Below, one piece after another: positions 6,861 to 7,013 of a DNA stretch of 7,013 bases; positions within the stretch are counted from its first letter, which is position 1; every line of letters starts with the position of its first letter. Source of the stretch: Paraspadella gotoi (taxonomy: Eukaryota; Animalia; Chaetognatha); assembly GCA_051294375.1 (NCBI GenBank), contig JBJCIZ010000424.1:1-7013 (forward strand). The letters are read 5' to 3'. The notes below the pieces were generated by a model that did no database searches, was not told where the DNA came from, and saw only the letters and a program-made list of their open reading frames with translations. The translations under genes and the position numbers were made by a program.

Positions 6861-7013
6861 ACATATTTCACTGGTCAATTTTGCTCTAACAAAAGTAATG
6901 TTGATTAGCCTGCCCTCATATACTACTATGGCTTCTGGATGCCTTTCAACGAGAATTTAATCTCTATTCCATATTTTATTTTTAAATGTGACCAATTACC
7001 ATACAATCGCTTA

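Overview
AT-rich, gappy, indel-noisy draft-assembly DNA that looks eukaryotic, possibly arthropod (GT-AG splice signals, TATA plus TCAGT/TTAGT initiator motifs, microsatellites). It has three N gaps; the two 25-N gaps are flanked by duplicated sequence, which suggests long-read gap filling. None of the supplied ORFs is a convincing intact gene. Reading across frameshifts, the + strand at ~2898-3673 carries tyrosine-recombinase-like motifs in the right order (MILLTSTGLR..SE, KKIVTK, NSF.YS, NTKTKTYL), possibly with an ATG|intron start. Downstream lie a GC-rich, probably frameshifted minus-strand coding island, a 53-aa minus-strand ORF, a symmetric bidirectional TATA/Inr promoter, and a plus-strand ORF that appears split by a MITE-like element with ~73-bp inverted repeats and an internal 233-bp tandem duplication. 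These are followed by palindrome-bearing tandem repeats that end in an (ACT)n-like tract resembling a Polinton/Maverick terminus. A ~155-bp foldback lies at 250-403. My best overall inference, unproven, is the end region of a large virus-like or transposable element carrying a tyrosine recombinase.
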